Source: Dysgonomonas sp.
Lineage (GTDB): Bacteria; Bacteroidota; Bacteroidia; Bacteroidales; Dysgonomonadaceae
NCBI GenBank assembly: GCA_047972895.1
Contig: JBKEBA010000070.1
Location: 50 to 64,049 of the forward strand
Direction: 5' to 3'
Length of the DNA stretch: 64,000 nucleotides
Shown in pieces: positions 17,486 through 26,428 of this stretch (position 1 is the first letter of the stretch; each line of letters begins with the position of its first letter). The translations under genes and the position numbers were made by a program. The notes beneath the pieces are model-generated. The model had not been told where the DNA came from. It did not search any database and saw only the letters and a program-made list of their open reading frames with translations.

Positions 17486-20455
17486 TTATCTCGCTTCCAA
17501 TATCCTCACAGGACCCAATAAACCGGATTTAGACATTGGCGAATCTTTAGTATAACGGCGAGCCGTTGTAAAAGTATATGCGCTGTCAGGTGGCAAACTA
17601 AGATCACCTATAAGCCTATTCACCCAGAGGTTAACCACCTCTATCTTTAGTTTATTTTCTCCTTGTTTTACCTGATTACTTATATTTAGCTGCCATGGGT
17701 GTGTCCATACAGTTCCAATTTCTTTATCATTCAGCCAGACTTTAGCCATTACGTTTACTTCTCCCAAATCAAGATAGATTTTTCCCGACACATTATCCGC
17801 TTCAAATCGCTGTTCGTAAATGGCTGTACCTGAATAATATTTGATACCATCATCTGGTGAAGTAGTCCAGTCCAGGAGCTTATCTAATGTAATCTTTTCG
17901 GGTCCGCCCCATATAGGATCAAACGAGACATCCCACGGTTTATCTAGCATTTGAACAGCAGTAAACGATGCAAAATTATTACCCTGTGATGACGAGCTAC
18001 CATGCTTACGAAATACTACAAAATAACTTTGATCGACATAGAACTGCATCGGGATAATTGTTTGCCCGTCTTGCAAAATATAATGCTCAATTTCCCTGAT
18101 TTCTCCTGTTACAGCATCCCACAATTCAGGGATCATATTACTTATACGGAAAGTACATTCTGTGCTGACTATTTCTCCTGAGCGGTTAGCCACGAAGTAT
18201 ATATCATATCCGTCTGATGTACGGTGAGCATAACGCAGATTACCATCAGCAATAAAGTCTTCGGGAATATTCATTTTAGTAAGGATACGTGCTGTGCAAT
18301 TGTAGTCAGGATAGAGATTATCCTGATTGTTTAGGATTTCTTCTCCCCATATGATTTTTCCTTTACCTATTATGCGTTCTTCCATCCCCTGAGGAATTGA
18401 ACTTTCTCCCCATATTTCTTTTACCAGAGAAGCGATTTCCTCATCGCATTGTGGATAATTCTGTAAGCTCGGCGATTTCTTAGGAGGCATGCCTACGACT
18501 GTTGCCCCATTTACTATCAGTTCCTTTATCTTCCGAAGTATTTCCGGCGTCATAGTCTCCAAGAGAGGAAGTGCAAGCAAATGATATTGAGCTCCACTCG
18601 AGAATACTATCTTTCCGTCTTTTACAGAAGCACTGTATAAGAAGCTCGGAGGACACGCGTCAAAAGCATACCCCTTCTTATCAGGAAGAAATTCACTTCC
18701 TTCATAAGCAGAAACAGGAGCACGGAATACGTGAGGATTACCTTCGGGACAGAAATAAAGAATATCTGAGACTGTCCGCCCTTGTTGCATCATAAACTGA
18801 CTACGCGAAAGGTAAGTGTGATAAGCCTTTCCCATTTCCCACCACGTTTGGTTACGATCCCAATGTACACCATAAGGCCCCATTGTCATTCCGGGACGCA
18901 AACTATCAGCAAGGCATTGATGTTGGAAAGTATGGAACATAAACCTATTTACACCTCCTGCCAATGCCCAATCAGTTTGGTTCTTCATCTTGCCCGGATA
19001 CTGATCCCAACCATCAAACTGTGCGGTAAAACTTTCCGCAGGCACTACCGACTGCCCTTTTAGATGAGCAATTGATGTACCTTCTGCTAAACTGAAAGAG
19101 GTATTAAATCCGTAGCCTTCGCTCCAATATTCACACATAGGAACATCGGCAATAGCAGCAAGTTCTAAATCTGCTGTGGGATTCATATCATATGGTTCTA
19201 TAGATAAGCCCAGCCCAAACTTATGAGCATATTCCCTGATATAAGTAGCATGATTCTTAAGGATCAATTCCTGTACAGTCTTACGTAAATCCCACAGAAA
19301 TCTTTCACTTAATTCTTTACTACCAACTATTACACCGGAATATGCCGGATAATAAGGTTGAGGATCGTATCCTCTGCGTGATTTAAATTCATCTCGAAAT
19401 TTGTCTGTCCAATTCTGCGCCCCCATCTCCCAGCTATCCATATGCAGCATTGTTAGCCCTCCCGAAGGGGATTTTGATGTTCTCTTTTGGAAACCTATAT
19501 GACGGAAAAGCTCACCCACAAAATTATCTAAATGATGAGAAATAGCTATCGTATCCAGCTTATCAGATTCAAATCCTAATCCCGGAGTAGGTGCAGGCCG
19601 TGTGATTGCTCCGTTGTTCCGTACTCCGAATCTCATTATTGTCCATTTGCCGGGAGGGAGTTCACCCTCTATACTTCCATCGGGTTCCATCCATGAAGTA
19701 ATTTCTATTATATCATTTGGATTTACGGCTGCCCCTGTAGCATCGGGGTATGAAGATTGCATTGGCAGAAATTGTTTTACTCCGGGTGCTGAACTATATG
19801 GAGCTCTATAATAAAGTGCTTTTTCGTCAGTATCAGTAATAGTCTCACTTCCCTCACAAGCAGGAAATGCCAACACGGCAACATCTTCATAATATTCCAG
19901 CCATTGCTTGTGAAGTTCGGGCGTAAAACTACCTTCTCCGAAAAAAGGCGCTTTAGGCATAGGTTGAGGTATTACGGTATTTTTCAGTTCCGAACTGTTT
20001 ATTGTAATACTACTTGAGACCAAATGCTTCATCGATTCTTCAGGTTTTACCCAGGGGCCTCCGCTTCCAGTCCAGCCGGGACCTACCCCGAGAGTCATCT
20101 CTACTCCTAGCCTTTCACATTCGCTTACTGCATGTTTAAACATATCTTTCCATTCGGTACTAAGCATATCTACTTTGCCCCGAGGTACACCTACATTCAC
20201 TTCGAGAAAAATGACATGTGAAATTCCTACCCGAACCATAGACTCCAGATCTTTCGTCATGCCTTCCTTTGACATATTGCCATCCATGAAATACCAATAG
20301 ACACCGGATTTTGCAGATACCGGAGGATTTCTAAATCCTTCTTCCAACGATACATCAGCTTGCCCTATATTTCTGTCGCAATTCGACATAAAAAGGATAA
20401 ATATTAGACAAAAGACTAATGTAGAAGCACATATGCGAAAATATCTATAATTCAT
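17486..20455 (-). CDS. Large secreted glycoside hydrolase, GH106-like (putative alpha-L-rhamnosidase)
   Basis: The N-terminus 'FRNPPVSAKSGVYWYFMDGNMSKEGMTKDLESM' resembles Bacteroidales GH106-type enzymes. C-terminal jelly-roll segment 'VWLNDKEIGTVW'. Start set at 'MNYRYF...LFMSNC' (lipobox); the track's start is 20485. Confidence 0.55.
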   Translation of the reverse strand: MNYRYFRICASTLVFCLIFILFMSNCDRNIGQADVSLEEGFRNPPVSAKSGVYWYFMDGNMSKEGMTKDLESMVRVGISHVIFLEVNVGVPRGKVDMLSTEWKDMFKHAVSECERLGVEMTLGVGPGWTGSGGPWVKPEESMKHLVSSSITINSSELKNTVIPQPMPKAPFFGEGSFTPELHKQWLEYYEDVAVLAFPACEGSETITDTDEKALYYRAPYSSAPGVKQFLPMQSSYPDATGAAVNPNDIIEITSWMEPDGSIEGELPPGKWTIMRFGVRNNGAITRPAPTPGLGFESDKLDTIAISHHLDNFVGELFRHIGFQKRTSKSPSGGLTMLHMDSWEMGAQNWTDKFRDEFKSRRGYDPQPYYPAYSGVIVGSKELSERFLWDLRKTVQELILKNHATYIREYAHKFGLGLSIEPYDMNPTADLELAAIADVPMCEYWSEGYGFNTSFSLAEGTSIAHLKGQSVVPAESFTAQFDGWDQYPGKMKNQTDWALAGGVNRFMFHTFQHQCLADSLRPGMTMGPYGVHWDRNQTWWEMGKAYHTYLSRSQFMMQQGRTVSDILYFCPEGNPHVFRAPVSAYEGSEFLPDKKGYAFDACPPSFLYSASVKDGKIVFSSGAQYHLLALPLLETMTPEILRKIKELIVNGATVVGMPPKKSPSLQNYPQCDEEIASLVKEIWGESSIPQGMEERIIGKGKIIWGEEILNNQDNLYPDYNCTARILTKMNIPEDFIADGNLRYAHRTSDGYDIYFVANRSGEIVSTECTFRISNMIPELWDAVTGEIREIEHYILQDGQTIIPMQFYVDQSYFVVFRKHGSSSSQGNNFASFTAVQMLDKPWDVSFDPIWGGPEKITLDKLLDWTTSPDDGIKYYSGTAIYEQRFEADNVSGKIYLDLGEVNVMAKVWLNDKEIGTVWTHPWQLNISNQVKQGENKLKIEVVNLWVNRLIGDLSLPPDSAYTFTTARRYTKDSPMSKSGLLGPVRILEAR

Positions 20456-20690
20456 GCCTGTCAGTATTTTAAGGTTTATAATCATAAATAGGTATTGACA
20501 CCATAAATGGTGATTTCATAAATAGATCAAGGCCTATTATGCAGTTATGCTATGTTTAGCAAAAGTAGCTGTTAATCAGTAAGATTAATTTTCATATTTG
20601 ATATAATAATTAATGAAAATGGGAAAAGTGAGATCATCGCTGTTTTTTGAAATATAGTGAGCCTAGACTATTTATTGATTTGATATTCAA

Positions 20691-20727
20691 TAAAAAAAGC
20701 CCCTTGAATGTCTTAAATTCAAGAGGC
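20691..20727 (-). terminator. Rho-independent terminator of gdhA
   Basis: The minus strand reads 'GCCTCTTGAA'-loop-'TTCAAGGGGC' followed by TTTTTTT. Confidence 0.75.
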
Positions 20728-20748
20728 TCTTCCCGATTGATTAACTAC

Positions 20749-22086
20749 TTACACAACTCCTTGCGCTATCATTGCACGGGCTACTTTCATAAATCCGGCA
20801 ACATTTGCTCCTTTAACGTAGTTGGTATATCCCTTATCGTCTTTGCCAAATTTCAGGCATTGACCATGTATATTTCTCATTATTCCATGAAGGCGCTGAT
20901 CTACTTCTTCGGCGCTCCATTGTATATGCATAGCATTCTGGCTCATTTCTAGCCCTGAAGTAGCTACTCCTCCTGCATTCACAGCTTTACCCGGAGCAAA
21001 TAGCATCTTTTTTTCTATAAATAAATCTACAGCCTCTGCCGTACAGCCCATATTGGAAACTTCGGCAACACAAGTCACACCATTAGCAATCAAAGCCTCG
21101 GCATCCTTTTCATTCAATTCATTCTGAATAGCACAAGGCAAAGCTATATCGACTTTTTCTGCCCATGGCTTCTTCCCTGCATGAAATACCGAATTAGGAT
21201 ATTTATCTGCATATGGAGCCACTATATCATCACCACTGTCACGAAGTTCAAGCATATATTCGATTTTATCGTCCGAAACACCTTCCGCATCATAAATATA
21301 TCCATCCGGTCCAGAAATGGTAACGACTTTAGCTCCTAGTTCCGTCGCTTTCAGTGCGGCACCCCACGCTACATTTCCAAAACCGGAAATAGCAACGGTC
21401 TTACCCTTAATATCTATATTTTTAGCTTTCAGCATTTCATTTACAAAATACAATGCACCAAACCCTGTTGCTTCTGGGCGAACTAACGAACCGCCATATT
21501 CCAATCCTTTTCCAGTAAAAGTTCCTGTATTTTCACGTGCCAATTTCTTGTACATCCCATACAAATAGCCAATCTCGCGTGTACCCACTCCGATATCTCC
21601 CGCCGGAATATCTGTATCTGGCCCTATATTACGCCATAGTTCGAGCATAAATGCTTGACAGAAACGCATAATCTCAGCGTTCGACTTCCCTCTCGGACTA
21701 AAGTCAGAACCACCCTTACCACCGCCCATTGGCAAGGTAGTCAAGGCATTTTTAAATGTTTGCTCAAAACCTAAAAACTTAAGAGAAGAAAGATTTACGG
21801 ATGCGTGAAACCGTAATCCACCCTTATATGGTCCTATAGCATTATTGAATTGTACCCTATAACCTATATTTACTTGTATTTCACCCTTATCGTCGACCCA
21901 CGGAACTTTAAAAGTAAAGATTCTGTCAGGTTCTACAAGACGCTCTATGATACGATTTTTCTCAAATTCAGGATGCTGGTTATATACATCCTCTATCGAT
22001 ATAAGTACCTCTTTTACCGCCTGTAAGAATTCAGACTCTCCCGGATGTTTTGCTTCAAGAGCTGATAAAATGTTATCTATCTTCAT
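20749..22086 (-). CDS. gdhA: NAD(P)-specific glutamate dehydrogenase
   Basis: 'LPMGGGKGGSDF' catalytic Lys region and 'GFGNVAWG' dinucleotide fold. 445 aa, full length. Confidence 0.95.
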   Translation of the reverse strand: MKIDNILSALEAKHPGESEFLQAVKEVLISIEDVYNQHPEFEKNRIIERLVEPDRIFTFKVPWVDDKGEIQVNIGYRVQFNNAIGPYKGGLRFHASVNLSSLKFLGFEQTFKNALTTLPMGGGKGGSDFSPRGKSNAEIMRFCQAFMLELWRNIGPDTDIPAGDIGVGTREIGYLYGMYKKLARENTGTFTGKGLEYGGSLVRPEATGFGALYFVNEMLKAKNIDIKGKTVAISGFGNVAWGAALKATELGAKVVTISGPDGYIYDAEGVSDDKIEYMLELRDSGDDIVAPYADKYPNSVFHAGKKPWAEKVDIALPCAIQNELNEKDAEALIANGVTCVAEVSNMGCTAEAVDLFIEKKMLFAPGKAVNAGGVATSGLEMSQNAMHIQWSAEEVDQRLHGIMRNIHGQCLKFGKDDKGYTNYVKGANVAGFMKVARAMIAQGVV

Positions 22087-22271
22087 GTCTGATACTATTA
22101 AATGGGTTATTCATCTATACAAATGTAAAAATAAAGCCATAATTCCAGACATACTTTCAAAGATTTTTTCAGGGAATATTAGATGATTTAAAACATATCA
22201 TAATTTAGAAGAATCTGTTCTCTTTAGTTTCTGTTTTAATTCTTACATTTGTTGTCCCCAAAGCCAAAGTT

Positions 22272-23090
22272 ATGACTAATATTTACGAAATAGCAAATAA
22301 ATTAAGAGCTGAGTCAAAGCATCTACCTATCAATAGGATGGAACTTGAAGATGCTTTAAATACCCTCATTCACCGTGTACTTTTCCCCATATGCGATCAG
22401 GAGAAATCGAGAGAGAAGAAATTATACTATTTTTATTCCATATTGGTAGAGAACATCTCCGCTCTATTAGACAGGAAAACAGCAGAGGAGATGGTCAATA
22501 AATTCATCACCAAATTGCCGGAATTACAAGACAGGCTATATGATGAAGCATCGGTATATTACGAAAACGATCCTGCTGCAAAGTCGATAGAAGAAGTCAT
22601 CCTGACCTATCCGGGCTTTTTTGCGCAAGTCGTTTATCGTATATCGCACGAGTTCTACAAAATGGAAACACCTATTATACCCCGCCTGTTCTCAGAATAT
22701 GCACATTCTAAAGTCGGAGTGGATATAAATCCGGGTGCAGAAATAGGACACTCCCTGTATATAGACCATGGTACGGGCATTGTTATAGGAGAGACAACAA
22801 TTATCGGTAACAATGTGAAAATATATCAAGGTGTTACTTTAGGTGCACTATTTGTTACAAAAGGATTAGCCAACGAAAAGAGACATCCAACCATCGAAGA
22901 CAATGTCGTAATCTATGCGGGAGCAACTATATTAGGAGGTAAAACCGTGGTTGGACACGATTCTATAATCGGAGGTAATGCATGGCTAACAAAAAGTGTA
23001 GTACCATATTCCCTTGTTCAGCAAAATGCCGAAATAAAGATACACAATACGCTCAGTCCTGGCGATCATATCCTCGATTTTAATATATGA
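22272..23090 (+). CDS. cysE: Serine O-acetyltransferase
   Basis: Left-handed beta-helix hexapeptide repeats 'GVDINPGAEIGHSLYIDHGTGIVIGETTIIGNNVKIYQGVTLG'. Confidence 0.8.
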   Translation: MTNIYEIANKLRAESKHLPINRMELEDALNTLIHRVLFPICDQEKSREKKLYYFYSILVENISALLDRKTAEEMVNKFITKLPELQDRLYDEASVYYENDPAAKSIEEVILTYPGFFAQVVYRISHEFYKMETPIIPRLFSEYAHSKVGVDINPGAEIGHSLYIDHGTGIVIGETTIIGNNVKIYQGVTLGALFVTKGLANEKRHPTIEDNVVIYAGATILGGKTVVGHDSIIGGNAWLTKSVVPYSLVQQNAEIKIHNTLSPGDHILDFNI

Positions 23091-23166
23091 TATACAAAGA
23101 AAAGGGTAAAAAGGGCTAAGAGTCGATATTTTTTATAACTTCGTAAAATTAAACTGAATAGAAAGC

Positions 23167-23616
23167 ATGGGTACAAACAGAAATTCACTTACATTAATCA
23201 AGGAAACCTTTTTACAGGCAATCGATGTTTTGGCAAAGGATTACAAAGGTAGTTCCCTTACCGATATCTTTATCACTGTAGATAAAGAGAGTGGTGAAGT
23301 TTCGTTTTACGATGACGAAGAAAATAAAGTAGCAGAAATTGTTGTTTTCGAATGGGTTAACAAGGTTGACACGCTTAGTGATGATGAAATAGTATCTGCA
23401 TTAAGGGAAGTAACCGAAGACTTGGATAAAAACGAGATGTTTACCGCTCTTGATATATACAAACCTTTTTCAGTCAATTATGCTGATGATAGTTTTATCG
23501 TTATAGAAGAGTTACTCCTTATAAACGAAGATTCTATCATACAGATGGATAATGATTTGATGGAGAAGTTTGACCGTGAGTTCGATGAGTTTCTAGATAA
23601 ACTATTGAAAGAATAA
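23167..23616 (+). CDS. Hypothetical acidic protein (149 aa)
   Basis: ORF only. Asp/Glu-rich. Confidence 0.45.
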   Translation: MGTNRNSLTLIKETFLQAIDVLAKDYKGSSLTDIFITVDKESGEVSFYDDEENKVAEIVVFEWVNKVDTLSDDEIVSALREVTEDLDKNEMFTALDIYKPFSVNYADDSFIVIEELLLINEDSIIQMDNDLMEKFDREFDEFLDKLLKE

Positions 23617-23629
23617 GAATTACTACTTA

Positions 23630-24112
23630 TTATTTCCTCTTATTTTTCCGATACTCGTAAGGAGATATCGGATTTTTCATGCTCCAGATATTCAACTTCT
23701 TATTTCGGGCATCTTTCTCTAACGATTCCAGCCTGGCATCATCTACTGAATAATTGTAATACCATGCAAGACCGTTTCGTACCATCTCTTCATTAATATT
23801 CAAATCTCCAATATAAGCGATCCCCAATGTCCGGCCATATTGATCTGTACCTTTATCTACTATTGAGACTTCTTTACCATAACACAGATCATTGAGGAAC
23901 TGACGTGATTTGCTTCCATAATCCTGCCCTCTCTCCGGTGCATCAATACCATAGAGACGAATCTTGATTCGCTTATTTGCAACCGTTTTGACCGTAAATG
24001 TATCACCATCGGCGACTTTGACTACTTCTCCGACAAACTTGTCGGTTACAGCAGGGTCACAAGAGAGAAGAATAACAGTTAAAAGAAAGAATAGCAATCT
24101 CCTTACAATCAT
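23630..24112 (-). CDS. Thermonuclease (staphylococcal nuclease homologue), lipoprotein
   Basis: 'GDTFTV...IRLYGIDAPERGQ' SNase motif. 'LLSC' lipobox. Confidence 0.8.
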   Translation of the reverse strand: MIVRRLLFFLLTVILLSCDPAVTDKFVGEVVKVADGDTFTVKTVANKRIKIRLYGIDAPERGQDYGSKSRQFLNDLCYGKEVSIVDKGTDQYGRTLGIAYIGDLNINEEMVRNGLAWYYNYSVDDARLESLEKDARNKKLNIWSMKNPISPYEYRKNKRK

Positions 24113-24822
24113 TTGATTTCAGCAGCAATCAGTTTACCTTTCTCAACATAATTCATATCCCCCATAGATTCGACAATAAACTCGTCATTCCGATAAATAA
24201 CCTTACACACGGCGGCATTATCTAACGGTTTTGTAAAAAGCTTATCTCCCCCAAGCCCCAACAGCATAGCTAATATACTCATACCATGAGAGATGACTAA
24301 TACGTTTCCATCTCCGTATTGAATTTCATTTTTAGCTATCTCTTTTAAGCTTTCTTGGGTACGAGCTTCTACCTGGGAAAAACTTTCAGCCATACCCATT
24401 TTATCAAGTAGCTTAACTGCATCCAGAACTTCTCTGTAACTAATTTCCTTTTCCATAATAGCTTTAACCATACTCTCTACAGATGTATGATGCAGATATA
24501 AAGCCGCACTATTCCACATCACATGATTAAAGTCTGCCTCGAAGCTTCCGAAACAAGCTTCACGCAATCCGGGAAGTTCTATTATAGGTATATCATCCTG
24601 ACCTTTTGCCCCCAAGATAATCTGTGTTGTTTGTCTTGTTCGGCGCAGATCGCTACAATAAGCTGTACGAAATGTAACATCTTCTAAACCATAGCCTAAA
24701 TAGCGTGCAGCACTGATACCCTCATTAGTCAGAGGTGAATCGCACCATCCTTGCACCCTGTCGAGGGTGTTCATCATTGTTTTGCCGTGACGGACAATAT
24801 ATAGTGTTATTTTTGAACTCAT
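24109..24822 (-). CDS. Histidine phosphatase (phosphoglycerate mutase) family protein
   Basis: 'LYIVRHGKT' RHG motif and a later 'SHG'. Start moved to 'MSSKITLY'; the track's start is 24894. Confidence 0.75.
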   Translation of the reverse strand: MSSKITLYIVRHGKTMMNTLDRVQGWCDSPLTNEGISAARYLGYGLEDVTFRTAYCSDLRRTRQTTQIILGAKGQDDIPIIELPGLREACFGSFEADFNHVMWNSAALYLHHTSVESMVKAIMEKEISYREVLDAVKLLDKMGMAESFSQVEARTQESLKEIAKNEIQYGDGNVLVISHGMSILAMLLGLGGDKLFTKPLDNAAVCKVIYRNDEFIVESMGDMNYVEKGKLIAAEIK

Positions 24823-24895
24823 ATTTTTATTTATTTTGTTAAAAAGTGACAAAGTAACAGGTTTATGATACTTCATACCTGTTACTACTTCCATA

Positions 24896-25471
24896 TTATT
24901 TATCCTTGATTACTTTTGTTTTAGATAACATATCATGGATTCCATTTCTTGTAAAAAGATAAGAAATACAGTCAAATGGAACTAACCTCATCAAAGTTCT
25001 TATAACTATATCACCGTTACTTGCTTCCTCTCCACTATAATTCACCACTCTTGTTTTCGTGACTATTTTCCCTAATGTCTTTCGCGTTGTAATCTCAAAA
25101 ATGAGATAATAAAGAACATTAGTGATCAACAACAATAAAGATACAAATAACATTTCCATATTATTATTAGCTTTAAAAGGAAGAGTCAATATGGATACAA
25201 TGATTAGCCACGCGAAAGAATCTATAATAAAATTTATAAATCTAATACCTGAACTGACAGTATTATTTTCAATTTGAGTATTTCTCTTTTCTTTTTCAAT
25301 TATATCCTGAGATATGTTATTAATATCAGAAGTTGGAATATTCCTTCTTTTTAATTCATTTTCGGCTGAGACTATTGCTAGCTGTTGATAATTATCACGG
25401 TCAAGAGTTATTATCTTTATCAACTCTTCATTTGTCTTAGAAGACATCACTTTATCAAATTGATTCTCCAT
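24896..25471 (-). CDS. RDD-family membrane protein
   Basis: Two TM segments and an RDD-like 'RKTLGKIVTKTRVV' segment. Confidence 0.5.
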   Translation of the reverse strand: MENQFDKVMSSKTNEELIKIITLDRDNYQQLAIVSAENELKRRNIPTSDINNISQDIIEKEKRNTQIENNTVSSGIRFINFIIDSFAWLIIVSILTLPFKANNNMEMLFVSLLLLITNVLYYLIFEITTRKTLGKIVTKTRVVNYSGEEASNGDIVIRTLMRLVPFDCISYLFTRNGIHDMLSKTKVIKDK

Positions 25472-25477
25472 AATTAA

Positions 25478-25885
25478 TTACTTCCAAGTTATATATTCAG
25501 CAAAAGCCTTATCGAACATCTCCGGCATAGCTATTTTTCCGTTGACCAGACAAACCACCTCTATAACAGCCTTGGCACACAAAGTATTGTCTGAAACACG
25601 TGTGATTTCCTGATAAAAATAATAGCGTAGCCCCTCTCGCACAGCCGCAGCTGTGCAAATAAAATCTTCCGACCCTCGTAAAGAATTACGGTAGCTCACA
25701 TTCACATTACGTACTACAGGCAAGATATTGGCTTCTGTCAAATCTCGTAAACGAAGTCCGCATTCTTCCATCAGCTCGTGGCGTGTGGCTTCAAAGTAGT
25801 GCAAATAATTAGCATTGTTTACGACCCCTTGAGAATCGCATTCGTAGTCACGAACTTTCATCTTATTTTCAAATACAAGTGCCAT
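25478..25885 (-). CDS. Acyl-CoA thioesterase, 4HBT/YbgC-like
   Basis: Hotdog-fold N-terminus 'VRDYECDSQGVVNNANYLHYFEATR'. Confidence 0.75.
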   Translation of the reverse strand: MALVFENKMKVRDYECDSQGVVNNANYLHYFEATRHELMEECGLRLRDLTEANILPVVRNVNVSYRNSLRGSEDFICTAAAVREGLRYYFYQEITRVSDNTLCAKAVIEVVCLVNGKIAMPEMFDKAFAEYITWK

Positions 25886-25900
25886 AATCTTTACCTTTTT

Positions 25901-26326
25901 TTAATCAAGAAATTTAGCAAGTTTATCATCGAATAAGTCAGGTTTACCCACTCTGCCGTTTACCATACAGGCTGTTTCAACTTTTGCTGTCGAACAGACT
26001 TTATTATCTCTCAACCTGATTATTTTTTGATTAAATATATAACGGATTCCTTCTTTTTCGATAGAATCGATAGTACATATAAAATCATTTGCACCACGCA
26101 ACGAATGTTTGTATCGGATATAGACACTAACCACAACTGCATCTATTCCTTCCTCATGCAGCTCATAAAAGTTCAACCCGTATTCCTCTAAAAACTCATG
26201 ACGAGCTACTTCGTAATAGTGTTGATAGTTTGCATTATTCACAATACCCTGTGCATCACACTCATAATCACGCACTTTCATTTTACATTCGAACAAAGAC
26301 TTCTTATTCTCCATATTATCTTTCAA
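25901..26326 (-). CDS. Acyl-CoA thioesterase, 4HBT/YbgC-like (tandem paralogue)
   Basis: 'VRDYECDAQGIVNNANYQHYYEVARHE'. A paralogue of the neighbouring gene. Confidence 0.75.
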   Translation of the reverse strand: MKDNMENKKSLFECKMKVRDYECDAQGIVNNANYQHYYEVARHEFLEEYGLNFYELHEEGIDAVVVSVYIRYKHSLRGANDFICTIDSIEKEGIRYIFNQKIIRLRDNKVCSTAKVETACMVNGRVGKPDLFDDKLAKFLD

Positions 26327-26428
26327 CTAAAAAGTAACAAAGGTGACAGAAAATCAATATACTTTGCTGTCACCTTCATTTTTATCTTAACTATAATATA
26401 AACAGCCAGATATAGATAAATTAAATTC

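Noticed and set aside
25478-26326. Tandem 4HBT thioesterases, and the PspC-PadR-PspC cluster (51538-53969), considered as unusual systems.
   Set aside because: Both arrangements are common conserved gene neighbourhoods in Bacteroidota, and nothing atypical is visible in the sequences.
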